NCBI RefSeq assembly: GCF_018350175.1
Contig: NC_058368.1
Coordinates: forward strand, 81,222,001-81,286,000
Origin: Felis catus
Taxonomy: Eukaryota
Direction of reading: 5' to 3'
DNA: 64,000 bases
A model generated the notes under the pieces. It was not told where the DNA came from. It saw nothing but the letters and a program-made list of their open reading frames with translations, and ran no database searches. The translations under genes and the position numbers were made by a program. Shown here in pieces: positions 62,808 to 64,000 of this stretch (position 1 is the first letter of the stretch; each line of letters starts with the position of its first letter).

Positions 62808-64000
62808 GGAAATCGCTAAATTAGATGCTGGGAGAGGATTTAAAATAAAAAGCAATTATTTCACTAGAAATCTAGCAGAACTCCAGGAGTAAACAGAAAT
62901 AATTCAAGTGCAGGCCTAGTGGTAGGGGTAGATCTTTAGCTACCAAAATGGCCAGATGTATGATGTACTTTGAGACGTTTGCCTAGAAAGGCCTAGTAGC
63001 TTACAGACTCCTAAGTAGTATCTGTAGTTTGAATTGTATCTGCCAAATTGCAAATGAGGAATGAATGGGCATTCATTCATTCAGATCATTCATTCATTCA
63101 AATGCCGGTGTGCTAATCAGAATGTAGCAATGTGTGTGTCCTGCTTTTCAAGGAAAGGGCTACTTCCTGCCTGTGGCTCCACTGGGAGTGGGCTAGGGAA
63201 GGGTACCTGATTCTCAGTATATTTGGAATTACAGTTAATTTCAATAAAAGCCAGTGTTCATTTTGGAAAGAAAAAAAAGGGAATGTGACTTGCATCCTGC
63301 AGAAAATGAAATGACAAAAATTTTAGGAAGCAAAGAGCTGTTCTATCAGTAAAGTAGGTAAAATTTGTAAAATGTTAGTATGTAGGCAATCCACATTTCA
63401 GGCCATAAATCCATTTTTTAAGCAAACAAAGACAGTAAAAGCTAACAATGGTTAGAGCTGCAGTTAATCTTTAGAATTCAATTTATGCCTTGGCAGTTCA
63501 CTCTGTTTTTTGGTGAACACACGTTTCTGAAACCTTTTTGGCTTCAATTCAGGCAAAAGCAAAACAAGGCTGAGAAGGTACAGCATTATGAGACTCTCAG
63601 ATTAATGCCGAAGACGGCAACTCCCAGCACATTTGTTTTAAAGGTTGTGCATCTGATTATGAGTGTCTTTAATAAGCTTTTTTTGGAATAAAATGGGATA
63701 GATCTAAAAATGGAAAGTAAATGCATTGCTAATGTGTATTGATATTGTAAGAATATTGGTGTTTCCACAACTGGTTGGTACAGAAAATACATTACGAAGT
63801 ATTTGCAGGCAAGGTGTTTTAAAGTCTTGTTTGGACCATTTGTTGATCACTTTATGACTGTTTAATAAGCCATTAAGGAGTCTACATAACTGCAACATAA
63901 TTATTTATTAAACCTTTTACAACGAAATGAGCACTTAGAAAGAGAGAGCTGTCTCTACTGTGTCTGAACCAATAATTATAACGTATTTACCATGTGTTTT

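Noticed and set aside
63059..63100. gaatgaatg-gg-cattcattc hairpin
   Set aside because: Explained by simple (GAAT)/(ATTC) repeats, probably L2 tails; too short for a miRNA precursor.
1..64000. Naming the locus or neighbouring gene
   Set aside because: No recognisable exon; identity needs a BLAT or liftOver search that I cannot run.

Overview
Mammalian genomic DNA from a cat-family (felid) animal, judged from the Can-SINE (SINEC_Fc-type) and felid/carnivore L1 3' UTR sequences. I found no protein-coding gene, rRNA, true tRNA or CRISPR. The only protein-like ORFs are decayed L1 ORF2 pieces and a decayed hAT (Charlie1-like) transposase, so the window reads as intergenic or deep intronic. It contains 13 Can-SINEs, young and old L1 fragments (several with readable target-site duplications), MLT1 LTRs, DNA-transposon relics (MER20, MER33, Tigger13a-like, Charlie1-like), MIR/L2 relics, microsatellites and one G-rich ~45-bp minisatellite. 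The most interesting non-repeat signal is a series of AT-rich, TAAT/ATTA-dense blocks in GC-rich DNA (about 17.3-20.1, 27.5-28.8, 33.7-36.8, 42.3-43.5 and 52.9-53.6 kb) plus a small CpG island near 35.7-36.1 kb. Most of these lie in a ~24-kb stretch with no Can-SINE. Together they resemble the enhancer landscape of a developmental regulator gene, but this is inference: I cannot name the locus or test conservation. I see no evidence of a novel biological system. Repeat family names come from recalled consensus sequences, and old-repeat boundaries are approximate.
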